35,924 nt of DNA from Chiloscyllium plagiosum. Its lineage: Eukaryota. Location: positions 1-35,924 of the forward strand of contig NW_025213770.1 of assembly GCF_004010195.1 (NCBI RefSeq). The letters run 5' to 3'. The notes beneath the pieces are model-generated. The model searched no databases. It saw nothing but the letters and a program-made list of their open reading frames with translations, and was not told where the DNA came from. The position numbers and the translations under genes are program-made. Below are positions 21,191 through 32,677 of this stretch, in pieces. The first letter of the stretch is position 1. Every line of letters starts with the position of its first letter.

Positions 21191-22374
21191 AAAAAAGCGA
21201 TGAGACTGTTTCCATTGAATCAGAGTTCTGTGGAAAGACTGGGGAAAATTTGTTCTGTTCTGCCATGAGAAGGACATCGGATAGGTTCTCTTGGAAAGAT
21301 ATGGGATTGTAAAAGGCAGGAATAAAGCAACACTGGGAAATAACTTTAAATTTCCAGAAAAAAAACTTAGATTTGAATAAATAAAAACAAATTCAAGACT
21401 GATAACAGGAACCTTTTCTTCACAAAATAGGGTAAGCAAAATACAGATAGGTCGTCGCACAAAGTAATAGAGACAAAAATGTTAGAATTATTTAAGAAAC
21501 AGTTGAATGTTGAAAAAGGAGGCTTTTATGGGCCTTAAAAATCTGAATTAGAATTGACTGAATTGCCTTTCATTACCCAAAGATATCCTGTGGAACGGAG
21601 ATTAGCAATACTGGTTCAGGATGGGATTAAAGAAGAATATAATCACAGAATGGAATGTCTATGTATGTTTGTGAGTGACAGTGAGAGAGAAAGATGTGTC
21701 AAGGTCTCAGCTTCTAGTCACCTTGTCTTTATGCATTGTCTGACAGCCTTTCTCTGCTGATTTCAGTAGCGCACTGTGTTTGACCTTTAGGGAGGGACTT
21801 GCTGTTCTCTGATGCACACCCCTCCCCACTGTGCACTCTGATTAACGAGCCCCTGGTGGTCTAATCAGTGTCATGTCCTTCCTGGTTCCCTTACTGCTGA
21901 AACTACACATAAAATGTTGGTCATGTACAGTGGCCTAATACAACACAAAATGACAACGGGGAAGATACATCATGCTCAATCCTGTTGTCATAAACCCTTT
22001 CATTACCTGCTTCAAGCAGCCTATCCAATCTAGATTTAAAATTTCAGTTATGAGCTGTGTATTTGAAGCATTCCTAAAATTAGACCTGATTTAATGCTAC
22101 AAATCATACTTTCTTTATGCACCACAGGAAATAATGATGATCAACGAAACACAACTAGATCAGCATTCATAGCCCTGTGTAATATTAAATTTAGATTTGA
22201 TAACATCCTAATAACAGGATACATCCCAACAGGTAAACTAGCAAAAGTTGACACTGGTCAAAAAAATATCCTGAATATTGGACTTTTGTGACTCCCACAC
22301 CAAATATTAGATCATATGTCAAGTAGACACATGGAGTGGTACTTAATGTCCATTCCTGAGGTGTATTTGGTAGT

Positions 22375-23060
22375 GGAGGGACATTTAATGAAGTAGGGTG
22401 GCAGGTGGAGATCCTGCCACCTTCTTACTTCTGCTCTGATTAAGTCCAAAGTGGATAGGCTCGTTGACAGCTTTCCCACCCCACAACCAATTTGTGCTCT
22501 TTAAGTGGGCAATTCAGGCCTAATTAAGGGCCAGATCCCACCATTGCTGGTATTTGTCCAATAACATTGAGGGGACCACCATGCAGGAAGCCAAAAAGGT
22601 AAACCCCAGTGGTGTTGCATGGGGGTCCCATGGTGATTCCTCCAAGTTAGGCAGTCAGTGCCTGATTAAGAGACTTGGCAATGGGAAGGGGTTTGGGGGG
22701 AGGGGTGGGACAGCCTATGCAAAGTCAAACCTTTTCCTATTTGCCGAGCCCTTTACACCTTTACACCATGATTCCCATTCCACCATCAGTCACCTATCAC
22801 CTGGGTTACCTGGTGATCCCATACTTGGGATGTGTCTGATACTGACAGTGACCACCCTTTCACCAGTGGTTCTATCATTACTGTGCAACTGTCAGCCTGT
22901 TTGACTGGGGGCTCTGGAGGGGGAGGTGGTGGTGGTGGGTTTTCAGCCTACAGGTCACTGATGCCATGATAAAGCCCAGTGCTGGCTGGGTAAATGTCTG
23001 TTTGGTATTTAATTTGATGGACATTCCCAAAAGTAGGCACAGACCGTCCAGCTGGTGGAT
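22375..23060. mobile_element. Probable non-autonomous DNA-transposon-like repeat
   Basis: GC-richer block with short internal palindromes (GGTGGCAGG..CCTGCCACC; TTAAGTGGGCAATT..CCTAATTAAGGGCC) resembling a common shark repeat; termini not resolved. Confidence 0.4.
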
Positions 23061-23214
23061 GCCCTATTAGCACTTTATTAATACTAAGCTGATATAATAT
23101 GGAATATTAATTTTGCTATAAGGGAAAAATAATCAGAACAAAAATACAGTTTGTGGTGGTAATGGATCATTATTGGAGAGTGTGGAAGATTGGCCATTTG
23201 TACTTGCACAATTC

Positions 23215-23770
23215 CAAAGGACCTTGGTGAGACTACATCTGCGATTGAAATATTGTATGTAGTTTTGGTCCCCTTATCTGTTTTTGATGTAGAGGGAGTG
23301 CAGAAAAGACTTACCAGACTGATTCTTGGGATGGCAGGATTGACATATGAATAGGGATTGGATCGGTTAGAACGATACTCACCAAAGAGTGAAGGGGGAA
23401 TCTCACAGAAAGCTGTAGAATTCTAACAGAGCTAGGGTAAACAAAGGATGAATGTTCCCAATGATGGAGAGTCCAGAACCAGGGGTCAGAGACTAAGGAT
23501 ACAGGGTAGGTCATTTGAGACTGAGATGAGGAGTACTGTTTTCACTCAGAGAGTGGTGAGCCTGTAGGATTCTCTGCCACACAAAGCAGTTGGTGCTAAA
23601 ACATTGAATATTTTGATGAAGTTAGATATTGTTCTTTGGGCTTCAAAAAATCAAAGGGTATGAGTAGAAAGTGGGAACAGAAGTTGGTTGCTCAGCCATG
23701 ATCATACTGAAAGGCGGCACAGGCTCTAAGGGCAAATGGCCTACTCCTGCTCCTATTTTCTATGTTTCTA
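23215..23770 (+). mobile_element. CR1 3' fragment with tail
   Basis: CCTTGGTGAGACTACATCTG...GTTTTGGTCCCCTTATCT... through GGCCTACTCCTGCTCCTATTTTCTATGTTTCTA. Confidence 0.85.
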
Positions 23771-24814
23771 ATGGGGACTTGGAACATTTATATCCCACAA
23801 AATGTTGATCCCTGTATTCTATTTGAAATATTTCCTGATACTCTCTACAACTCTAGAGCCGATTATTACTCCTGGTGGATGGAAGTGATGGAAATCCCAA
23901 ACCAGAATCTTTGTCGGACTCGCAGCTGATTATAACTGCTCGGTCTTATCTGAATTTTGTAAATCAGCTGTTCACCCATTTCCACTGGGGCACAGTGACC
24001 AGGTCACAACTGAGATTGGTTGTAAACCATGTCAATCTTAAGGGCTAGTGGGTGGTGGTGAATGGATATTACAGAGTTCTTGTGGCTGATGAGGTGAAGG
24101 TCTGCAGTTAAACAAAGCTTAAACTTTTAGCATGGGGCATGGAACAACATGCCCACTCTCTCTGGCCTCACCAAGGAAAATAATTTCTCATTTGCTGACT
24201 TGGTTTACTGTGATACAGGCTCAATGTAGTCACAGGATGCTATTTACATTATTAATGAGAATCTTGCAATAGTCCAAATCCCTGTTAGGAGAGAGTATAA
24301 GTATTATTGTTCAGTTTCTTTCACTGAGAACTTAACTCTAGATACATCATTGTAAAAAGTTTCAGTTCATAAAGTTAAAATATGGTTAACTCATTCTACA
24401 GTGTATTCTACAATCAGGTTTTTCCCCCTACTCTATGGCAACCTAGAGTCAGGTAGAGGATCATGTTGATTGAGAATATGCTGATCTAACTATTTAAAAA
24501 CAAATGTGAAAAATTTTCAGTAGCTTTAAGAGTGAATCCATATCAAAATAGTGTTAGCTAAGTTCTAATAAAGAGATTCGCATAAATATCAATGTGTTGT
24601 CATCTTTCAGAAATAGGTCAACCTCATTTCAAATATTTTAAACTTTTAGAAACTTGAACAAAATAGAAATTTCTGATGGTTATACTAATTGGCATAAATT
24701 TAATATGTTTGTTTATGTCCTTCCCCCCCGTGCATTGTCTAGCAAGACATTAATCCATTTCAATTAAAGAATTTCTCAGTTAGGATAGTGGGCAGAGGTA
24801 TGTTGTATGAACAC

Positions 24815-24886
24815 ATTAATGACTTGTCTCACATCGAAATATAAATTGTAATTAATGACTTGTCTCACATCGAAATATAAATTGTA
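24815..24886. repeat. Perfect 36-bp tandem duplication
   Basis: ATTAATGACTTGTCTCACATCGAAATATAAATTGTA at 24815-24850 and 24851-24886. Confidence 0.95.
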
Positions 24887-25419
24887 GCCTGAATTGCTCT
24901 TTTGACAATGTAATGATACTCTGTAATTATAAAAATAAAAACTGAAGTACCAAAGAAAGTGGTTTGCAGGAACAGACATGGAGAGGTCTATTTTGTATTC
25001 TTGTGGGAAACCTGACTATGGTTTGGTGTTTACATCTATTGTACTTTTATTGATTATTAATACCACATTATATTCCATCATAAATGATGACTGATTTAAT
25101 ATGAATGATGAGGGCTCCGTTGAGTTGAAATTGGTCTTGGACTTTCACTGAAGACCAGTTTCTTCTCCTTTAGTTGTTTACTGTACAAAGGGCTTCTAAA
25201 ACAAATATGTGAATAAAATGATAACAGCTTTCAAAGTAACAGAACATAACCAAGTCCTGAACTCTCACATATAAAGTGCAACAGATCACAGTTATAAAAT
25301 CCTAAATTTAGAGACCACAGTGGACACCTCAACATTCCTTCAACCATATCCCCTTTTTATTTCAAATTTTGCAATTGCACAGTTGATATGAAACAAATGA
25401 TTTCAAATTAAGAAACATG

Positions 25420-25701
25420 TTCAAAGTTTGTGAGAAGATTTGTAGCTCGGGTACTTGTTGTTGTGGTTCTGTTCACCGAGCTGGGAATTTGTGTTGCAGA
25501 CGTTTCGTCTCCTGTCTAGGTGACGTCCTCAGTGCTTGGGAGCCTCCTGTGAAGCGCTTCTGTGATCTTTCCTCTGGCATTTGTAGTGGTTTGAATCTGC
25601 CACTTCCAGTTGTCAGTTCCAGCTGTCCGTTGCAGTGGTCAGTATATTGGGTCCAGGTCGATGTGCTTATTGATTGAATCTGTGGATTCATGTGGATACC
25701 G
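25420..25701 (-). mobile_element. 5'-truncated Penelope-like element (end of GIY-YIG ORF plus terminal repeat) with ~12-bp TSD
   Basis: Minus frame STDSINKHIDLDPIY*PLQR resembles the PLE endonuclease C-terminus (SINxxxxLxPIY). TSD AAGAAACATGTT at 25410-25421 and 25702-25713. Confidence 0.8.
25496..25535 (-). ncRNA. Minimal hammerhead-ribozyme-like motif
   Basis: GCA-CUGAGGA-c-GUC a CCU agac AGG a GAC-GAAA-cGUC-UGC: core boxes, extended stem II, stem I GCA/UGC, GUC cleavage triplet. Confidence 0.65.
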
Positions 25702-26976
25702 AAGAAACATGTTTCTTATCTCAAAAAATGGGACTGTAAACAGACTGGAAGAAAATAAACCTTCACAAAATGAAATACAGTAGCTAGGCATGACCCAAAA
25801 AGTTCTTGCACCAGAAATAAGAAGTTATGAAGAGCTGCACTTTAGTATCTGTTTTGATGCATTTGGTTTCTTTGTTGTCAAACTCACATTCAGTGTACTT
25901 CTGTGAATAGAACTATTAAACTGGGCACATCAAAGACAGAATGCTAGTATAATTTCCTCTCTTTTAGCTATAATCCACTTTTCTTGCAGCTTTCCAGACC
26001 TCTAACATCCCCACAGAGCAGTAGGTGACTTACTTGCAGCTGTGTCTATGGCTTTGGCCTCTTCCAGAGTTCTCATCACCTGATTGGAAATCAGATTTGT
26101 CAATCAGTCTGACCTCCAGGCAAAACCTGTCAAAGCCAAACTGTATGCTGCTCTGTCAAAACTTAACAAAGAGCAGGAAACCCAAGTCTGACGTTGCCCA
26201 ACAGAAGAGCCATCTCGTTTACCCACCTACATAATGCACCTCTGTCAAGATTGAGACCTCTAGTAAATGATAATAACTAAGAATCCTTTGCATCCTGATG
26301 TTGAAAGTTGGAAAAATTTCAGTCTCTATGGATTTAAGAATTTTTTCATTTACCTAGGTGAGGGCTTTGAAAGTTGCAGAATGTTCTATTTCTATCAGCA
26401 TCAGGCACTTGGAAATTAGGTGTAGAATTAAAACACCCGTAGCTCTGCATCCAACTATGTGACTGTGCCTCTGCTTCTGTTTTAGTTCTGTGGGCATCAC
26501 AGATTAATATTTAGATTCTACAACAGTTATGTGGTTTATTGCAGGCCAAACTAGGCACGACCTACTGAAATCATAGTCCTGATAAGGAAAACTGATAAAT
26601 AGGAATAATCTAAAGGTGGAGCGTTCAAGTGATGAGTCTATGACCATTTCCAGTTTCCACACCATGAGAATATCCTTGGGAAGAAAGATTGTTGATATTC
26701 TACTCTGGAAACAAATGGTCTTTGTAGATTATGTGGATAATTAGCTCATGTTTTATTATTGGTGGAGGACACTTGGTTCTGTCAACTCCCATCTACCGAT
26801 TTCATTATTTGAAAAAACATGTTCAGTCTATATTTCTCCCTCCTTCACTCTCGTGATTCATATTCCAAATCATTGATCAAGAATGTGACATTGATGTATT
26901 TCCCAATCTAATTCATGCAGAATCATACTAATGATGTTTGGATTGCTTCAATCTTATTTATATCATTGAGCATGTA

Positions 26977-27080
26977 GGATCTCTTGTAGTGCAATGGTAG
27001 TGTCCCTACTTCTGAGCTGGGTTCAAGTCCCACCTGCTCTAGAGGTGCACAATAACATTTCTGAACAGGTTGATTGGAAC
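26977..27080 (+). mobile_element. Short tRNA-derived SINE
   Basis: CTCTTGTAGTGCAATGGTAGTGTCCCTAC.TCTGAG..GGGTTCAAGTCCCACCTG...CAGGTTGATT; matches 30978-31075. Confidence 0.7.
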
Positions 27081-27164
27081 ATATATAAGGAACCCACATG
27101 CAACTAATGTTCTCCAAGTCAGAACAAGTAGATATTTGGCAAGTGATGACTCTGATACTTATTG

Positions 27165-28105
27165 GATACCGAAGAAGGCTATCTAAGATTACAAAGAGAT
27201 TTTGATAAATTTGACCAATGGGCTGGGGAGAGGTTGATGGTGTTTAATTTGAATGAATGTGAGGTATTGCATTTTGGTAAAACAAATAAGAGAGGACCTA
27301 TACAATTAATATAATGGCCTGTGGTAATGTTATAGGATTCAGGTACATAATTCTTTGAAATTTGCAAGACAGGTAAACAGGGAGGTTAAGAAGGCATTTG
27401 ACATGCTCGCCTTCATTGCTCAGACCTTTGAGTTTAGGAGTTGGGACATCATGTTGAGGTTGTACAGATTTTGGTAAGGCCTCTCCTGTGTGCAGTTCTA
27501 GTTGCCCTGTTATAGGAAGGATATTATTACATTGGAGCAGGGTCAGAAAAGATTTACCAGGATGCTGCCGGGAGTGGGTGATTTGAACTGTAAAGATAAG
27601 CTTGGGCTTTTTTCACTGAAGCATAGGAGTTTAAGCGATAACCTTACAGAGGTTTATAAAATCATGAGGGGCATAGATAAGGTGAATAGCAAGAGTCCTT
27701 TCTCTTTGGGGTGTGGGCAATTTAAAACAAGGGGGCATATTTTTAAGGTGAGAGGCAAATGATTTAAAAAGGACATGAAGGACAACACTTTTACACAGAG
27801 ATTGGTTCATGTGTGAAATGAACTGACAGAGGAAGCAGTGGATGCAGGTACTGTGACAACATTGAAAAGATATTTGGATAAGTACATGAATATGAAAGGT
27901 TTGGAGGAATATGGGCCAAACACAGACGATTGGGATCGGATTAGTTTGGGGTTGAGAGTGTGGTGCTGGAAAAGCACAGCAGGTCAGGCAGCATCCGAGG
28001 AGCAGGACAATTAACATTTCGGGCATAAGCCCTTCATCAGGGATTAGTTTGGGAATGTGGTCGGCATGGACTAGTTGGACCACTAATCCCATGCCCTATG
28101 ACTCT
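27165..28105 (+). mobile_element. 5'-truncated CR1 (HER1-like) LINE, frameshifted
   Basis: EEGYLRLQRDFDKFDQWA, CEVLHFGKTN, PCYRKDIITLEQGQKRFTRMLPG motifs; tail CTATGACTCTGTGAC. Confidence 0.9.
27951..28040 (-). mobile_element. 90-bp Penelope-like terminal insertion in the CR1 3' UTR, 13-bp TSD
   Basis: TSD GGATTAGTTTGGG at 27938-27950 and 28041-28053. Insert is homologous to the reverse complement of 18959-19050 and its minus strand begins CTGATGAAGGGCTTATGCCCGAAA. Confidence 0.85.
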
Positions 28106-28173
28106 GTGACGAAAGATTTTTCTTCAGAAACCAAGGATTGTTTAGATGTTATCTGCTGATTATAAAATCTCCA

Positions 28174-28275
28174 TTGATTTGATTTGATTTTGATTTTATT
28201 GTAACATGGACTCAAGTACATAAGTGCAGGAGTACAGTGAAAAACATGTAATGTCACCACACAAGGCGCAATCGT
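28174..28275 (-). mobile_element. Short LINE-type 3' tail with (TTTGA)n microsatellite end
   Basis: TTGATTTGATTTGATTTTGATTTTATTGTAACATG...GTACAGTGAAAA. Confidence 0.45.
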
Positions 28276-28282
28276 ACAAGTA

Positions 28283-28365
28283 CAGAACAACCACGATTAT
28301 CCGAACAAGACGGTCAGGAAGTATTTTGTTCAGATAACTGATTGTTCGGATAACTGATCTGCTTG
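28283..28365. mobile_element. Tigger/pogo-like (Tc1/mariner) terminal fragment
   Basis: TA|CAG....CGATTATCCGAAC start; internal 12-bp inverted repeat 28297-28308 / 28342-28353. Confidence 0.55.
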
Positions 28366-29722
28366 TATACAAAGGAAGCCATACTGAACATATACATTAA
28401 AAAACATGCTTACAAAGTTTTTATTTTATTCAATTGATAAAATGTGTACAAATGCTGGATATTGCTTAAATATTCATGATATTTTACAAATAAAATGAAC
28501 TTTTTGGCTAGAGTTTGACTGAAGTCTATGAAACTTTCCGCTGACATTTTCCTTAGGTTTATCCCGGTCCTTGACAGCAGCCGGCATCTTTCTGTTCAGT
28601 GTTGTCCTGCTGTCCAGACTAATCAAGTTTTGTCCCTCCCTCCTCAGCGACTGCTAAGCCCTTACAGAGAGAGAGAGAAAGAGAGAGAGGTGCAAAATAC
28701 AGGGGCAACACAAGAGAGAGGGATGGTTTTTTTCATTGACTTCAGCTTCTGTCCTCTCATCAATTTTTAGGGGGGTAATTTTTTTCCACATGTTTCCTCC
28801 TGCCAAGTTTTCCTCCCGTTTATTTTCCTGTGTGCTAACTCACTACGATTTGCTCACCCCCATCAAAAAAAAGTTACATTAATTTTCTTGTCAGCTGAAA
28901 GATATCGAACTACTTTTTGTCTAGAAAAAAAGAGTCATCATGGGATAACGGAAGGAAAAAGCAGCGGAAAGAAACAGTGTGGGTGCATATTTTGACTTAA
29001 CTGTCCGGAGAATAAGCTGAGGAAACAAATGGTTGGGTTTGCAAAACGGAGTGAGTCAATGTTGAGAGGAAATCTTGCTGTTAGAGTGCACAGCTCGGGC
29101 TTGCACATATGTTGTTCTTGTGTATTCACAGTCACAAACATTTGTTCAAGGGGAGAAAAAGTATTGGAGAGCCTTTTTATAAAAAGTCTGACCTTAACTC
29201 TAACGTCACATCTCGAGTACAGAGGAATTTCGATTATCCAAATACCAATTATCTGAAAATCGGATTACCCGAAGGAGATTTGAGGTCCCGACAGAATCAT
29301 TACATCAAAGACGTGCGTCCAACACTGATGGCATCTTTTGTTTACAGTGATTAAACGTACTGCCGAGAACAGTCTGGACTGATGGGAGCCCAGGCATTGC
29401 CTCTAAATGACTGACCTTCCACCCCCTCCTCTCTCTTCCAACACTTTCCCTGGAGTTCAACAGACGCGTGTACCCAAAACCCCCTTTCCTAGATAATCTC
29501 TCCAACATTGTCCTGTACAGGGCAGAGGGGGAACCTGTCAAAAAGTTGCAATTAAAAGTTGTGTCTGTGTGTGTGTGCGTGCTATTTGGAGACTCACCCC
29601 CCCCCCCAAAAGGCAGTAGCAGTAGCAGCAGCAGTCTTATTGTTGGTGCCCAGTCCGGCTGCCCTAGAGAGGACATGGAGGCGTGCAGGGGTGGGGGTGG
29701 GGACGGACGGGGGGTGCACAGG

Positions 29723-30149
29723 NNNNNNNNNNNNNNNNNNNNNNNNNNNNNNNNNNNNNNNNNNNNNNNNNNNNNNNNNNNNNNNNNNNNNNNNNNNNNN
29801 NNNNNNNNNNNNNNNNNNNNNNNNNNNNNNNNNNNNNNNNNNNNNNNNNNNNNNNNNNNNNNNNNNNNNNNNNNNNNNNNNNNNNNNNNNNNNNNNNNNN
29901 NNNNNNNNNNNNNNNNNNNNNNNNNNNNNNNNNNNNNNNNNNNNNNNNNNNNNNNNNNNNNNNNNNNNNNNNNNNNNNNNNNNNNNNNNNNNNNNNNNNN
30001 NNNNNNNNNNNNNNNNNNNNNNNNNNNNNNNNNNNNNNNNNNNNNNNNNNNNNNNNNNNNNNNNNNNNNNNNNNNNNNNNNNNNNNNNNNNNNNNNNNNN
30101 NNNNNNNNNNNNNNNNNNNNNNNNNNNNNNNNNNNNNNNNNNNNNNNNN
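29723..30149. other. Assembly gap (427 N)
   Basis: Run of N flanked by G-rich sequence. Confidence 1.
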
Positions 30150-30165
30150 GGGGGTTGTCGGGGGG

Positions 30166-30235
30166 GGCGGTGTTGGTCGGGATTTGGGGGGCGGCCAGAC
30201 GGCGGTGTTGGTCGGGATTTGGGGGGCGGCCAGAC
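30166..30235 (+). repeat. G-rich 35-bp minisatellite (2 perfect copies, decaying copies to ~30345)
   Basis: GGCGGTGTTGGTCGGGATTTGGGGGGCGGCCAGAC at 30166-30200 and 30201-30235. Confidence 0.9.
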
Positions 30236-30977
30236 GGTGGTGTTGGATGGGTGGGGGGGGCTGTGTGAGAAGGAGTTTGGGGGGATGGATGAAGGGCGGT
30301 GTTGGATGGAGTTTGGGGGACGGGGGACGGTGTTGGGCGGGAGGGGCGCAGGGGCTCATGTGCGCTGTGCTGCTGCCTCGTCTCCTGAACAGGGAGCAGA
30401 CAATAGGAAACTCTGAGCCCCAAAGGAGAGGCATTGAATTGGTTAACCAAATAATCAATTATCTGAACGAAATTGTATCACCAAATATCTGAATGAACTG
30501 GGAAGCTGCCAGGGAAATGAAGGAATAAAACTAAAAGACAGCCAAAACATAAGATAAGGTTATAACTAACTCCTGTTGAATTTAACTTTGAAAAGCTTAA
30601 AGCAATAGTGCAGTTCACAGGAAGATTTTCTTATACTTGTGCCGTACCTGGTTGAGAATTACATGATTAGGGCAATGTCAGTGATCTGCCTAAAATTCAT
30701 AAAATATGTACGTTCCTTGAATAATAAAATTTAATGAGGTAAATTAAACAAGTTAAAACACTTCATGGAGCTTTCAGCATAAATCTCCACATTTCCAATG
30801 TATTCGTGGCCCCTGCTGGCACGTGATTATATGTGAATATTGACTGGAAACAAGGTGGCCCTACACAACTGGACTGGATCTGCCATCCTCTGCTATTTTT
30901 GTCTTCCCTTTACTGCTGTGAGCTTGCACATGCTGCTCTCAAAAATGTTATTTTAATCTATGCACTACATTTAAAAA

Positions 30978-31075
30978 GGGTTCTTGTGGTACAGTGATAG
31001 TGTCCCTACCTCTGGACCAGGAAACAGGGTTCAAATTCCACCTACTGCAGCACTGTGCAATAATAGGTTGATTAC
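30978..31075 (+). mobile_element. Short tRNA-derived SINE
   Basis: TCTTGTGGTACAGTGATAGTGTCCCTACCTCTG...GGGTTCAAATTCCACCT...AGGTTGATT. Confidence 0.7.
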
Positions 31076-31499
31076 AAACATTTTTTAAAAAATATGACCG
31101 GGGAAACATTGAAATGCATGACCCAGGGTTAACCTGAGCCCATTGCTTTCAATGCAGGCAGCATACAAAGTTCATGTTTGCTGCTAATTTAAATAAATGG
31201 AATGGTCAGCTATTGCTGACTCTGTTGATCATTGGCTGCTCACCTAAACAAGTACGAGCATTATATAATTCATCTACACGACTTAAAGTAAATCAGTACC
31301 TCCATGATAGGTGGGTGGGGGGAGGAGCGGGGGTGGGGGGGGGAGCAGAATCAATCGTGTTTGGTGGAATAAGTGCTGGAAGTTACTCTAAAAATGATTT
31401 TGATATGGTGAATGTATAACAATGGCAAAACATGTGTCCTCGTTTGTCTCATTTTGCTCAGTGGCAGGAAGGTTGCAATCCACTTGATGGAAGTCATCC

Positions 31500-32225
31500 T
31501 CACTGTTTTATCTGTATGTCCTTCCTTGGTTCCTACCTGTGCAGCATTTTGAGCATCTCTTGTAGAGGTTGCTTGTTCCATCACGCAGCTCTGCTTGCAG
31601 TCCTTTGTCAGATGACCCTCCAGCCTGCAGTTCTTGCAGATGTTGGCACTGCAGTTGGCCACCACATGACCCGATTTGGCACACGAATGACGAACAAGCC
31701 TGTTGCAATATAGATCTCGTTTCCCCTTATAACAAGACTGTAGGCAGGGCAGAGGATTGCTTTCTTACAATCCACCTCCAGAGTCACATTAACCTGCCGA
31801 TTGTTGGTCTAAATCCCAGAAGCGTCTTTGATTTCTGTGCAGTTGCCAATGGTGTGGATATATCTGGTGAGGAAGGTAAGCAGATCCATAATAGGAACAT
31901 CAGTTGGGTATAGAGGTGCACGGTCAGTGCCCAGTTTCATTCCAATGTCAGAGTAAATTGTGGCTATGCAGTGAGGTTTCTCAACTTTGAAAAGCTTTTC
32001 CTCTCCTTGAAAACCTTGACAAATGTCATGCAGGCTACAATACTCTTCAGGATAACATGAGCATATCCAACACTTGACAACTCCTGCAGATAGTAAATAT
32101 CATCAGTTTCTAAAGCATTCTGAAAATGAATAAGGCATGGTCTTTCACTCTTGGTTTGGGGGTATGCTGTATTGCACCTGTCATCTCTTCTTTCCTTCCT
32201 CAGATACTGGAGCCTTTTCAAAGAA
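31500..32225 (-). pseudogene. L1/Tx1-type ORF1 (gag-like, ZCCHC3-related architecture) remnant
   Basis: DIYYLQELSSVGYAHVILKSIVACMTFVKVFKE; VPIMDLLTFLTRY; KDASGI*TNNRQVNVTL; tandem knuckles RHSCAKSGHVVANC and CKNCRLEGHLTKDC. Stops and frameshifts present. Confidence 0.8.
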
Positions 32226-32376
32226 AACCAAAATCACGTGGAAGAGCTCCCAGTACCAACGGATGAATAGCCTAATGTTTTGATGAAAGCCTGTTTCTGT
32301 GGCCTCTAAAATAAAAGAGATACAAAGAAAAGGAAAATTATACACATCCAGGGAGGAACAGAGTAATAGCTTCTAC

Positions 32377-32590
32377 CTTTTTTAAAAATTCACTCTTGGA
32401 ACACGGGCGTATCTAACTGGCCAGCATTTATTACCCATCCCTAGTTGCCCTTGAGAAGGTGGTGGTGAGCTGCCTTTTTGAACTGCTGCAGTTCACCTGC
32501 TGTGGGTAGATCCGCAATATCCTTAGGAAAGGAATTCCATGATTCTGATCCAGTAACAGTGGAGGAACGATGACATATTTCCAAGTCAGG
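32377..32590 (-). mobile_element. CR1/L2-group LINE 3' end
   Basis: GGCCAGCATTTATTACCCATCCCTAGTTGCCCTTGAGAAGGTGGTGGTGAGCTGCC...; same family as 2872-3015. Confidence 0.75.
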
Positions 32591-32677
32591 TTGATTTTAT
32601 AGGCCATGCTGTCAAAGTCCTCATTTGAATGGCACTGATTGCCTCTCAGCTGCTTGCTGTATAGCTAGCGTCAATGA

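Larger units (their letters stand above)
29220..30475. mobile_element. Tigger/pogo-like non-autonomous element with G-rich internal repeats, spanning the gap
   Basis: TA|CAGAGGAATTTCGATTATCC start with repeated ATTATC(C/T)GAA-like motifs; the same motif recurs at 30452-30473 before TG|TA. Confidence 0.55.

Noticed and set aside
21846..21862. CTCF-like CCACCAGGGGC on the minus strand (similar at ~30808-30820)
   Set aside because: One G short of the core spacing, so key positions mismatch.
24815..24886. 36-bp direct repeat as a CRISPR repeat
   Set aside because: Two abutting copies with no spacer.
29305..30492. Long ORFs (264-381 aa) in the ORF track
   Set aside because: They exist only because they run through 427 Ns and G-rich low-complexity repeats.
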